Assembly: GCA_046758965.1 (NCBI GenBank) | Contig: JBHIBG010000071.1 | Coordinates: 1 to 13,599, forward strand | DNA: 13,599 nt | Direction: 5' to 3' | Origin: Candidatus Methylomirabilia bacterium | GTDB lineage: Bacteria; Methylomirabilota; Methylomirabilia; Rokubacteriales; CSP1-6 | Part shown: positions 1 to 7,998 of the stretch, one piece after another | How positions within the stretch are numbered: the first letter of the stretch is position 1 | How the letters are laid out: the number at the start of each line of letters is the position of its first letter | Notes under the pieces: generated by a model | What the model was told of the DNA's origin: nothing | The model's input: the letters and a program-made list of their open reading frames with translations, nothing else | Database searches by the model: none | Translations under genes and position numbers: made by a program

Positions 1-1
1 C

Positions 2-220
2 GCGCTTGCGCAGATGAGCCCCGGCCACGGGATGGCACCGGGGACGCGCGGGGGCATGGGTGCCGGCAGTGGCCCTCTGATGCAGATGCACGGGATGATG
101 CAACAGATGCAGGGGATGATGCAGGGGATGGCGGAGATGCACAAAGCCATGGCAGAGATGATGGAAAGCCGAACGAAAGGGAAGCAGCGGAAGGAGGAAG
201 CAGATGCTCTACGTCGTTGA
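2..220 (+). CDS. Secreted Met/Gly-rich small protein, 5'-truncated by the window edge (possible Cu/Ag-binding)
   Basis: Frame is open from position 2 (ALAQ-MSPGHGMAPG...). ALA-Q resembles a signal peptidase site, followed by an MMQQMQGMMQGMAEM tract. Overlaps the DUF302 start. Confidence 0.6.
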   Translation, partial: ALAQMSPGHGMAPGTRGGMGAGSGPLMQMHGMMQQMQGMMQGMAEMHKAMAEMMESRTKGKQRKEEADALRR

Positions 221-587
221 GTCCATGAAATCCTTGGAGCGGCTGGTCACCGATCTTGAGCAGGCGGTGGCCCGCCACAAGTTCGGCATCCTCGGGGTGC
301 ACAATCTCAAGGAGGCCATGGCCAAGAAGGGGGTGGCCTTCGAGCGGGAGTGTCAGATCTTCGAGGTCTGCAACCCCTACCAGGCCAAGCAGGTGCTGGA
401 GGCCAACCTCGAGATCTCCACGGCCCTGCCCTGTCGGATCTCGCTCTACGAAGAAGGCGGCCGAATGAAGCTCGCCACGATCAAACCGACGGCGATGATT
501 GCCCTCTATCCCAACCCTGAGCTGAAAGGGGTGGCCGAGGAGGTCGAAGCCACACTGGTCCAGATCGTGGACGAGGCTGCCAAGTAG
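204..587 (+). CDS. DUF302 domain protein
   Basis: FGILGVHNL, IFEVCNP and ALPCRISLYE motifs typical of DUF302; AAGGAGG RBS upstream. Confidence 0.9.
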   Translation: MLYVVESMKSLERLVTDLEQAVARHKFGILGVHNLKEAMAKKGVAFERECQIFEVCNPYQAKQVLEANLEISTALPCRISLYEEGGRMKLATIKPTAMIALYPNPELKGVAEEVEATLVQIVDEAAK

Positions 588-677
588 CGAACGGTGGCGC
601 GACGGCGGGCCGCTCCGGGTGTTCCGGCGCTGATTCACGACGGTGCGACAGCCGGCGTTCGGATTGTCGCGGGCGAT

Positions 678-1094
678 TCACGCGTGGGAGATCACGACCT
701 CCCCGGCCAAGGCCCTGTGGACGGGACACCGGTCGGCAATCTGGCGGAGCCGCTGCGCCTGCTCGGCAGTGAGATCACCGGAGAGAAACAGCTCGAGGGC
801 GATCGAGTCCACCTCTCCCGAGAGCCTCCTCGCCCCCGGGACGCGCGCGGCCTCAACCCGCTCGTGCCGGAGCCTGGCCTCCACCCGATCCACCGTCCAT
901 CCCTTCCGTCTTGCGTACAGCAAGACCGTGATCGAGGTTCAGGAGCCCAACGCCGCCAGCAGCAGCTCGTAGGGCGAGGGCCCGGAGTCATCCCCGCCCT
1001 GCTCCACCGGCTCGTCGATCACCAGCGTATGTCTTCCGACCCGCACCTCGTGCCGCAAGTTTTCCAATAGGGTCACCGTCACCGGTCTTGCCAT
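678..1094 (-). CDS. OsmC/YhfA-like redox protein with in-frame TGA (939..941) at the first conserved Cys; probable selenoprotein, 138 aa
   Basis: ORFs 939..1202 and 678..923 share a frame: MARPVTV...[42 protein letters not shown]...[11 protein letters not shown]. This matches the OsmC consensus LLLAALGxCT and CPVH. GGAGG RBS precedes ATG 1094. Confidence 0.88.
908..926 (-). promoter_or_regulatory. Candidate bacterial SECIS hairpin of the OsmC-like gene
   Basis: mRNA GUCUUGC-UGUAC-GCAAGAC, a perfect 7-bp stem starting at +13 after the UGA, with G in the loop. Confidence 0.65.
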
Positions 1095-1162
1095 CGTCCT
1101 CCCTCCTGAATCAATCGCCTGTTCGCTGTGAGGCAATCCCTGCCCCGTCGAAGGCACCACCC

Positions 1163-1180
1163 CGAGGCGGGAGCGTCCCA
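1163..1180. promoter_or_regulatory. Degenerate copy of the 18-bp palindrome in the osmC/treT divergent region
   Basis: CGAGGCG-ggag-CGTCCCA, 3 mismatches to TGGGGCG-N4-CGCCCCA; no clean sigma-54 box paired with it. Confidence 0.35.
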
Positions 1181-1346
1181 CTTCGGCAGGAAGCTGTTCC
1201 ACCTACTGGATTGTAGTCCCTCCAGTGGCGTGCGCAATTCCGGGCGGCGGATGAGCGAGAGATGCCGGATGTGGTAATCTACGAGGGCCCGCCGGCGCAG
1301 CGCGAGGATTGCGTTTGCCGCCGATCGCAGGGCAGGGAGGAGGGAG

Positions 1347-2609
1347 ATGAACCGCGTCTCCATCGGACGTCACTACGGGGCCCAGTCCGCCAATCTCGAT
1401 GCCTATCGCCCGCTGGTCGGAGACGGTCTGGTGGAAGAGATCTGGGAGCTGGCGGGGACCCTGCGGGGGCTCCGCATCTGTCACGTGAACTCCACAGCCG
1501 CGGGTGGCGGCGTAGCCGAGCTCCTGGGGCGCGAGGTCCCGCTGCTTCAAGCCCTGGGCCTGCGGGTGGACTGGCAGATTATCCGAGGAGAAGAGGAGTT
1601 CTTCACCGTCACCAAGGGGTTCCACAACGCGCTGCAGGCCGGCCGCTTCGATCTCACCCCGGCCATCGAGGCAATCTACCTCCGCCAGAACGAGAAAAGC
1701 GCCGAGATCTTCGCCGACGAGTACGACGTCTACATCGTGCACGACCCACAGCCGGCCGCGCTCTGCCGCTACCGCCGTCGGCCCGGGGAGCGGTGGATCT
1801 GGCGCTCACACATCGATAGCTCCGCTCCGAACCCGAAGGTCTGGGAGTTTCTGCGCCCCGTTGTTCAGGAGTACGACGCGGCGGTGTTCACAATGAAGGA
1901 GTTCATCCCCCCGGACCTCACCGGGCCCCGCCTCGAGATCATCCCGCCCGCCATCGACCCCCTGAGCACCAAGAATATGGCCCTGCCATCGGAGCTCTGC
2001 CGGCGAGCCATCGCCGATTTGGGCGTGGACCTGCGCCGGCCCATTGCGCTTCAGGTCTCGCGCTTTGATCCCTGGAAGGACCCCCTCGGGGTGATCCACG
2101 CCTTCCGCTTGGCCCGGCGCGAGGTTCCGGACCTCCAGCTCGTCCTGCTCGGGGCGCTGGCCGGCGACGACCCTGAGGGCTGGGCCATCCTCGACCAGGT
2201 CAACGATGTGGCTGGGGCGGATCCGAACATCCTGGTGTTCACCAACATGACCGGGGTCGGGAACATGGAGGTGAACGTCTTTCAGCGTGGGGCCGACTTG
2301 GTCGTGCAGAAGTCGCTCAAGGAGGGGTTCGGGTTGGTGGTGTCCGAGGCGCTCTGGAAGGGGAAGGCCGTGGTGGGGGGTAACGCGGGAGGGATCCCGA
2401 TGCAGATCCCGCCGCCGTACCACTCGTTTCTGGTAGAGACCGCTGAGGAATGCGCCCGGAAGATGGTCGAGCTTCTGTACTACGCGGAGGTCCGCCAGGC
2501 ATTCGGCGAGGCGGGGCGGCGTCACGTACGCCAGCACTTCCTGCTGCCGCGGCTGATCCGGGATGAGCTGCGTCTGATCCGGAGCCTCGCTGAACGCATC
2601 CGCCAGTAA
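1347..2609 (+). CDS. treT: GT4 glycosyltransferase, trehalose synthase TreT-like
   Basis: HVNSTAAGGGVAELL, HDPQP, WRSHID, SRFDPWKDP and QKSLKEGFGLVVSEALWK motifs; GGAGG RBS. Confidence 0.85.
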   Translation: MNRVSIGRHYGAQSANLDAYRPLVGDGLVEEIWELAGTLRGLRICHVNSTAAGGGVAELLGREVPLLQALGLRVDWQIIRGEEEFFTVTKGFHNALQAGRFDLTPAIEAIYLRQNEKSAEIFADEYDVYIVHDPQPAALCRYRRRPGERWIWRSHIDSSAPNPKVWEFLRPVVQEYDAAVFTMKEFIPPDLTGPRLEIIPPAIDPLSTKNMALPSELCRRAIADLGVDLRRPIALQVSRFDPWKDPLGVIHAFRLARREVPDLQLVLLGALAGDDPEGWAILDQVNDVAGADPNILVFTNMTGVGNMEVNVFQRGADLVVQKSLKEGFGLVVSEALWKGKAVVGGNAGGIPMQIPPPYHSFLVETAEECARKMVELLYYAEVRQAFGEAGRRHVRQHFLLPRLIRDELRLIRSLAERIRQ

Positions 2610-2652
2610 CCCGGCCGCCGTGCTCAGCGGACCTCACCTCGCGCGGGGCCGG

Positions 2653-3084
2653 TCACGCCTTGTAGAGGAAGAGCGGCGTCGGAGCGTCGCGGAGCACCTC
2701 TGTAGCCACCGAGCCGAAGAGGAGCCGGCGCAGGCCGGTGCGCCCGTGGGTCGTCATCGCGATCAGGTCCGCTTTCAGATCGCGCGCTGCCGCCACGATC
2801 TCCCGAGTGGGGAGCCCGATGCGAACGTGGGCGCTCGCGCGGATTCCCTTGGGTTCCAGCTTGTCGACGATCGATTGGAGGTAGTCCTCGGCTTCCCGTT
2901 GGAGCCGCTGGTAGGGGCCGGCGGGTCCTGCGTGGCGAGCGCCGGGCGTCTCGTCGGCGTCGAGGGTGACCACACGCAGGAGGTCGATCTCCATATCGAG
3001 TGGGCCAGCGATTCGTTCGATGAAAGGTAGGATAGTCTCCGCGGTGGCAGAACCATCCAGCGGCACCAGCACGCGCTTGAACAT
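2653..3084 (-). CDS. Universal stress protein (UspA family), 143 aa
   Basis: MFKRVLVPLDGS...DLIAMTTHGRTGLRRLLFGSVA. Start placed at ATG 3084 after GGAGGAG, not at 3255. Confidence 0.92.
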   Translation of the reverse strand: MFKRVLVPLDGSATAETILPFIERIAGPLDMEIDLLRVVTLDADETPGARHAGPAGPYQRLQREAEDYLQSIVDKLEPKGIRASAHVRIGLPTREIVAAARDLKADLIAMTTHGRTGLRRLLFGSVATEVLRDAPTPLFLYKA

Positions 3085-3186
3085 GATCGCTCCTCCTTCT
3101 TCTCCCGCGCGTCCTCGCGGGTCCGGTCGGACGGCTCCGGGTTCCCCACCGAGCGTCCGATTTCGAATCGGCCTCTCCATCTGTCT

Positions 3187-3202
3187 TGCAAGCCCGCTGC
3201 CA
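3187..3202 (-). promoter_or_regulatory. Sigma-54 -24/-12 promoter for the USP gene
   Basis: Minus strand TGGCAG-cgggc-TTGCA. Confidence 0.75.
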
Positions 3203-3279
3203 GCGTGAATCAGAGAGGAGAAGAGTTGAGAAGTTGCGAAGTTAGCCCTCCGCAAGGGGTTGTCGCTCCGTTAGGGGTC

Positions 3280-3297
3280 TGGGGCATTCGTGCCCCG
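3280..3297. promoter_or_regulatory. 18-bp palindrome (putative enhancer site) upstream of the USP sigma-54 promoter
   Basis: TGGGGCA-ttcg-TGCCCCG, 77 nt upstream of the minus-strand box. Confidence 0.6.
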
Positions 3298-3404
3298 CTG
3301 TTCCCTCAGCGGCTCACGCGGCGCGGAGAATGGTCTGATTCGAGCCAGAGGTGCTCCGCCAGCTCTGCACGTGGAGAGAGTGGGTGGGGAGGGTTCGGCC
3401 TCAG

Positions 3405-3422
3405 TGGGGCACCGCCGCCCCA
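3405..3422. promoter_or_regulatory. 18-bp palindrome (putative enhancer site) upstream of the CBS sigma-54 promoter
   Basis: TGGGGCA-ccgc-CGCCCCA, 61 nt upstream of the box at 3484. Confidence 0.65.
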
Positions 3423-3483
3423 GCCGATGAGGTTTGCCCTTCCCAGTCTTTCCCGAAGGCCCTGGATTCATTGAGTTTATTCC

Positions 3484-3499
3484 TGGCACCGGGCTTGCA
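3484..3499 (+). promoter_or_regulatory. Sigma-54 -24/-12 promoter for the CBS gene
   Basis: TGGCAC-cgggc-TTGCA, consensus match. Confidence 0.8.
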
Positions 3500-3590
3500 A
3501 TTCATTCATCGCGAACGCGGTCTCTGGCGGCTACGTATGGAGACGGCCGCAGTGGAGGTCTAGAATAGCCAAAAGCAGAAGGAGGGCAAG

Positions 3591-4016
3591 ATGCGAGTCC
3601 GGGAATTCATGACCAGTTCACCAATCACGGTGACTGCCAACACGTCGATGTCGGAGGCTCGCGAGCTTATGCGGAGGCGGCGGGTCCGGCACCTCCTCGT
3701 CCTCGATGGCGAACGTTTGGTGGGAATCGTCACCGATCGGGACATCCGGCTGAACCTGCCTTCCCCGGCCACCAGCCTCTCGGTTTGGGAGATCAACTAT
3801 CTCCTGGCTAAGCTGACGGTAGGGGAGGTGATGACCAGAAGCGTGATCACGGTGGGTCCTGACCGTGAGACGGCGGAGGTGGCCCGGATCATGCTCGAGC
3901 ACAAGATCGGGGCGGTCCCGGTTCTCGAGGGCGAGCGGGTGGTCGGGATCCTCACCGAGACCGACCTGCTCAGGGCCTTCGCCGAGTCTAGGGCGCAGGT
4001 CTCTGCTTTCGCGTGA
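3591..4016 (+). CDS. Tandem CBS-domain protein (AcuB-like N-terminal module, no ACT domain)
   Basis: VREFMT...RHLLVLDGERLVGIVTDRDIR...SPATSLSVWEINYLL...VVGILTETDLL; AAGGAGG RBS. Confidence 0.92.
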   Translation: MRVREFMTSSPITVTANTSMSEARELMRRRRVRHLLVLDGERLVGIVTDRDIRLNLPSPATSLSVWEINYLLAKLTVGEVMTRSVITVGPDRETAEVARIMLEHKIGAVPVLEGERVVGILTETDLLRAFAESRAQVSAFA

Positions 4017-4134
4017 CCGGCGAAAGGAGCGCGCGAACAATGGAGAGTCCCTTCGACGAGCAGCTCCAAGACCTCCGCCCGTCGCCGGAGCGTAGTTGGG
4101 CATAATCGGGGAGAGGCCGTCGGGCGGGTCGGGT

Positions 4135-4908
4135 GTGAGCCGGCGGGGGCGCGAGTTCTGGACCGGGCGAAAGGTCGCCTGGTATCAGCGCGCCCTTCAG
4201 CGGAGCGACTACGCCGAGAAAATCCTCGGGGTCCTCGCTCCGCTCCTGGCCGTGTGCGAGACCGGGTTGGATGTGGGAGCAGGGTGCGGGGCGCTCAGCC
4301 TGCTACTCGCTGAGCGGCTTCGGCAGGTCACGGCGATCGAGCCCGCCCCGGCGATGGCTCGGACCCTTCGCGATTCAGCTCGGGCGCGTGGGCTCCGGAA
4401 CATCGAGGTGATCGAGGGGGCCTGGGGCCAGGTCTCCGTCGCGCCCCACGACCTGGTCCTCTGCGCCCACGTCGGGGAGTTGCTCCGTCCGGAAGCGCCG
4501 TTCCTCCGTGAGGTGTCGTCCGCGGCCCGGCTCGGCGTCGCGCTCGTTCGCGACGCGGGGCCGGAGCGGGACAAATTTTTCTTCCGCGAGCTTTACCCCC
4601 TGCTCCTCGGCCGGCCCTACACACCCGGCTGCGACTACGAGGAGACAGTGGAGGGACTCGCCCGGCTCGGGACCTCTCCGAGCGTCACCCTCGTGAGCTA
4701 TCGGTCGGACCAGCCCTTCGACGACCTCGGGGAGGCGTGTGACTTCTGGATGGAGTATCTCGGGGTGGACGGGGAGCACATTCGGGAATTCCTGCGGGAG
4801 TTCCTGGAGGCCCGACTGGTGCGGGAGGGCGCAGGGTGGGTGGCCCCATATCCGAAGCAGGCGGCCGTCATCTCGTGGCGGGTTGGGGTCGGATCTGAAA
4901 TCCCATAA
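4135..4908 (+). CDS. Class I SAM-dependent methyltransferase (start uncertain: GTG 4135 or TTG 4096)
   Basis: LDVGAGCGALS motif I, VTAIEPAPAM motif II, HDLVLCAH. Confidence 0.85.
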   Translation: MSRRGREFWTGRKVAWYQRALQRSDYAEKILGVLAPLLAVCETGLDVGAGCGALSLLLAERLRQVTAIEPAPAMARTLRDSARARGLRNIEVIEGAWGQVSVAPHDLVLCAHVGELLRPEAPFLREVSSAARLGVALVRDAGPERDKFFFRELYPLLLGRPYTPGCDYEETVEGLARLGTSPSVTLVSYRSDQPFDDLGEACDFWMEYLGVDGEHIREFLREFLEARLVREGAGWVAPYPKQAAVISWRVGVGSEIP

Positions 4909-4924
4909 CGGGTTGGAGGATGGG

Positions 4925-6469
4925 ATGAGGCGGGGTGTCGGACCATGGGGGAGAGCGCTCCTGGTGTTTCTCCTGGTCGGCGCGGTTTGCCTCCTGCCGT
5001 CCCGCGGGGTGAGCGGGCACGAGCGGCCCCGCCGACCAGAGGGGCGCCACGAGGAGACCCGCGGAGGGCACGGTGACCGGGAGAAGAAGGGCCACGTCAA
5101 CGGTCACGACGGGGAGCACGTCAAGAATCACCATGAGGAAAAGGGCCACCGCGCGGACCACGGAGTGGAAGGCCATAGGGAACCTGGGCGGCGGGGCGAT
5201 TCGCCGGAACAGCAGGGGAGGCAGCTCGTCGTCCGATTTCACTGCAATGCCTGCCATCTGGTCTCGGAGGAGATCAAGCACGAGCACCACGGCGGCCACG
5301 AGCAGATCGCGCCGAATCTCAGCTTCGAAGGGGACAAGGTCAGGCCCGAGTGGCTCTTCGACTTCCTGAAGGGCCCCCATCGGGTCCGTCCGTGGCTCGG
5401 CGCGCGGATGCCGAACTTCCGGCTGACTGACCGGGAAGCTCTGGCCCTGACCGAGCATTTCATCACCGATCTGAGGGACAGGACCCTGGCGCCTCTTCCC
5501 GGGCGGTTCCGCTACCGGACCCAGAACCTCCAAGAGACCCTCAAAGCGGGCGCCCGACTCGTCTCGGAGGACTACCTGGACTGCTTCACGTGCCACCAGC
5601 TCGGTGACAGGAAGCCCCAGGGGGACCCGGACGAGTGGGGGCCGGACCTGGCGCTCGCGAGTGGGCGCTTGCGACCGGAGTGGATCGTGCGCTGGCTCAT
5701 GGACCCCCAGCAGCTCCAGCCGGGAACAAAGATGCCCACGTACTTCTCCGACGAGAGCTCGGGGCCGGAGGATGTCCTGGGGGGTGATGAGGGGCGTCAG
5801 ATCATCGCCCTCCGGGACTACCTCCTGAACCTCGGTCCTGACACGATCTCCTCGCGCTATGCCGAGGCCAAGAAGCGATACCCGGATATCACCACAGGCG
5901 AGGGATGGTGGCTGATGCAGACCCTGAACTGCGGGGGGTGCCACGACGTCGGCCGGATGCACGAGCGACACGAGGTGGCTCCCCCGCTCGCCCACGCGGG
6001 GAGCCGGGTCCGGCGCCAGTGGCTCGTAGACTTCCTTCTGCGCCCCACCGTGATCCGTCCCGTCGGGTATATCGTCGGCGCGCCGGCGAGGATGCCGGAT
6101 TTCAGGCTCTCCCGTCAGGAGGCCGAAGCGATCACCGCCTTTCTCATGAGCCAGAAGATGCCGAAGATGCCTCGCTGGTGGCGCGCTGCGCCCCAAGCCA
6201 GCGTCGTGGAGGAGGGGAGGGCCCTCTATCAGACCTGGAATTGCACCTCGTGCCATCGCTGGGGAGATCGCAGCCCGGGCGGCCCGATCGCTGCCCAATT
6301 CGAGGGGCCTGACCTCAGTCGCGTAGGTCAGCGTCTGAAACCCGACCACCTGCTCTTCTGGCTCAAAGGCGGCAGTGGCACTGTCGACACCCACCCGATC
6401 GTCCCGACGTTCGGGCTGTCGGACAACGAGCTGCAGGCCCTCGTGGCCTATCTGATGACGAGGCGCTGA
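4925..6469 (+). CDS. Exported tetraheme c-type cytochrome with His-rich N-terminal tail
   Basis: Signal peptide from ATG 4925 (GGAGG RBS). CNACH, CFTCH, CGGCH and CTSCH, each followed by a PxL...W class-I-like segment; RMP/KMP distal Met candidates in domains 1-3. Confidence 0.88.
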   Translation: MRRGVGPWGRALLVFLLVGAVCLLPSRGVSGHERPRRPEGRHEETRGGHGDREKKGHVNGHDGEHVKNHHEEKGHRADHGVEGHREPGRRGDSPEQQGRQLVVRFHCNACHLVSEEIKHEHHGGHEQIAPNLSFEGDKVRPEWLFDFLKGPHRVRPWLGARMPNFRLTDREALALTEHFITDLRDRTLAPLPGRFRYRTQNLQETLKAGARLVSEDYLDCFTCHQLGDRKPQGDPDEWGPDLALASGRLRPEWIVRWLMDPQQLQPGTKMPTYFSDESSGPEDVLGGDEGRQIIALRDYLLNLGPDTISSRYAEAKKRYPDITTGEGWWLMQTLNCGGCHDVGRMHERHEVAPPLAHAGSRVRRQWLVDFLLRPTVIRPVGYIVGAPARMPDFRLSRQEAEAITAFLMSQKMPKMPRWWRAAPQASVVEEGRALYQTWNCTSCHRWGDRSPGGPIAAQFEGPDLSRVGQRLKPDHLLFWLKGGSGTVDTHPIVPTFGLSDNELQALVAYLMTRR

Positions 6470-6512
6470 CCGGGATGGGCCGGCGTGGAGAAAGCGAGCG
6501 GAGGAACGGGCA

Positions 6513-7082
6513 ATGAAAGGGAAGCGGTGGACAAGCTGGACGATAGCGGTAGCCCTCGCCCTGGTGATGGGCGGATGGTGGGTTGGCGTCGGCCTTCTCC
6601 CGGCAGTCGCCCAGGAGAAGAGCTCTCCGCGTGAGACCGTCGTGGTGGGGACCCACACCGTCTATCCGAAGACTCCCAATGCGATGACGGTCTCCCTCAG
6701 GATCGGTCCCGCACGGGATATGCACATGCCGCACTCTGGCCTGTGGGTCAAGATGGGTCCCCTGGCCGGCGAACAGTACCACTTCGAGGTGAGTGCGCAG
6801 GACCCGGCAACAGGGCGAGGGATTTTCTACTCCCGGGTGCGGGTTCGGGCGATCAACATCAACTCCAAGAAGGGTGTTGACCTCGAGCTTCACCCGATGT
6901 GGGGACCCGACGGGCTTCACTACGGCGCGAATGCCTTTCTTCCAGGGGATGGAGAGTACGCGATCGTGGTGACCGTGGATCCTCCCACGTTTGCTAGAGA
7001 GGCCCCGGCTTTTCAGTTCATGTGGCAAGCGAAGGCCGAATTTTCCGTAGAGGTCGAGGGTCGACATGTGATTCCCCGATAG
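6513..7082 (+). CDS. P19/Tpd/FtrA-like periplasmic iron(copper)-binding protein
   Basis: Signal peptide ending AVA-Q; YHFEV and HPMWGPDGLHYGAN...GDGEY motifs. Confidence 0.75.
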   Translation: MKGKRWTSWTIAVALALVMGGWWVGVGLLPAVAQEKSSPRETVVVGTHTVYPKTPNAMTVSLRIGPARDMHMPHSGLWVKMGPLAGEQYHFEVSAQDPATGRGIFYSRVRVRAININSKKGVDLELHPMWGPDGLHYGANAFLPGDGEYAIVVTVDPPTFAREAPAFQFMWQAKAEFSVEVEGRHVIPR

Positions 7083-7114
7083 GGCGTGTGCTTGACCTCT
7101 TGAGATCCTCTCCG

Positions 7115-7132
7115 CGGGGCGCCAGTGCCCCA
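7115..7132. promoter_or_regulatory. 18-bp palindrome copy next to a sigma-54 box
   Basis: CGGGGCG-ccag-TGCCCCA, only 10 nt upstream of the box at 7143. Confidence 0.5.
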
Positions 7133-7142
7133 CCTGAGGTGG

Positions 7143-7158
7143 GGGTACTGTCCTTGCA
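7143..7158 (+). promoter_or_regulatory. Probable sigma-54 promoter for the diheme cytochrome
   Basis: GGGTAC-tgtcc-TTGCA (GG-N10-GC spacing correct). Confidence 0.55.
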
Positions 7159-7205
7159 CGGTCGTCATGTGACGGAAGGATCTGGCGACGGAATCGGGAG
7201 GCGGT

Positions 7206-7913
7206 ATGTCAAATGGGAGACGGATGATCCTTGCCGGGTTGGGTTGGATCCTCGGGCTTCTTGTCTTTTCCGTCGGGCACCCGACCGAAGCTCATGAGCA
7301 GTCGTCAAAGAGGCCTTCGCCCCACCGGATCGGGCGCGTGGAGATGGGGAATCCGGTCATCGGCAAGCAGCTCTTCCAGGAGAAGCGGTGCGTCAAATGC
7401 CATTCGATCAAGGGGAACGGGGGGCGTGTAGGCCCCGACCTCGGCAGGATCCAGCACACCCACAACATCTATCAGATGGCCTCGATTATGTGGAATCACT
7501 CCACCCAGATGAGACAGGTGATGGAGGAAAGGGGGATCAAGCGCCCGGAGTTCAAGGGCGAAGAGATGGCTCACCTCCTGGCCTACCTCCACAGTCTGGA
7601 GGTGATGGGGGACCCTGACCGGGGGAAAGTCGTCTTTGAGCGAAAAGGGTGTGTCAGGTGCCATTCCATCAATGGCGAGGGAGGGAAGATCGGGCCTGAG
7701 CTGGCCCAGACCTCCCACCCTCACCCACCCATCGAGTTGACCGGGATGATGTGGAACCACTCCCCGACGATGACCGCCATGATGGGGGCGTTAGGGGTTC
7801 CCCGGCCTGTCTTCGAAGCGAACGAGATGGTGGACCTGCTGGCCTATCTGCAAGCCGTCCAGCGCGAGGCCGCGCGGGGCCATCCTGCGGGTGCGCCGCA
7901 CCACCACCATTAA
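7206..7913 (+). CDS. Exported diheme cytochrome c (two MWNH-type domains), C-terminal HHHH
   Basis: Signal peptide; CVKCH and CVRCH, each followed by GGxxGPxL...MWNHSxxM; GGAGG RBS. Confidence 0.9.
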   Translation: MSNGRRMILAGLGWILGLLVFSVGHPTEAHEQSSKRPSPHRIGRVEMGNPVIGKQLFQEKRCVKCHSIKGNGGRVGPDLGRIQHTHNIYQMASIMWNHSTQMRQVMEERGIKRPEFKGEEMAHLLAYLHSLEVMGDPDRGKVVFERKGCVRCHSINGEGGKIGPELAQTSHPHPPIELTGMMWNHSPTMTAMMGALGVPRPVFEANEMVDLLAYLQAVQREAARGHPAGAPHHHH

Positions 7914-7998
7914 TGTGATCCCTTGGCCCGGCGGAGTAGCCTCCGCGGTGTTCTTTGCCTTTGGGGCTCGGGTTCCGCCCGTGAATGGAGGGCAGCTC

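Noticed and set aside
1133..1147. Possible minus-strand sigma-54 box for osmC (CGGGGCAGGGATTGC)
   Set aside because: GG-N10-GC spacing is right but the -24 element is poor; too weak to call.
4868..6658. Long antisense or alternative-frame ORFs (also 7669..8625, 9068..9994, 10653..11453, 1806..2537)
   Set aside because: Shadows of real genes in high-GC DNA; no recognisable motifs.
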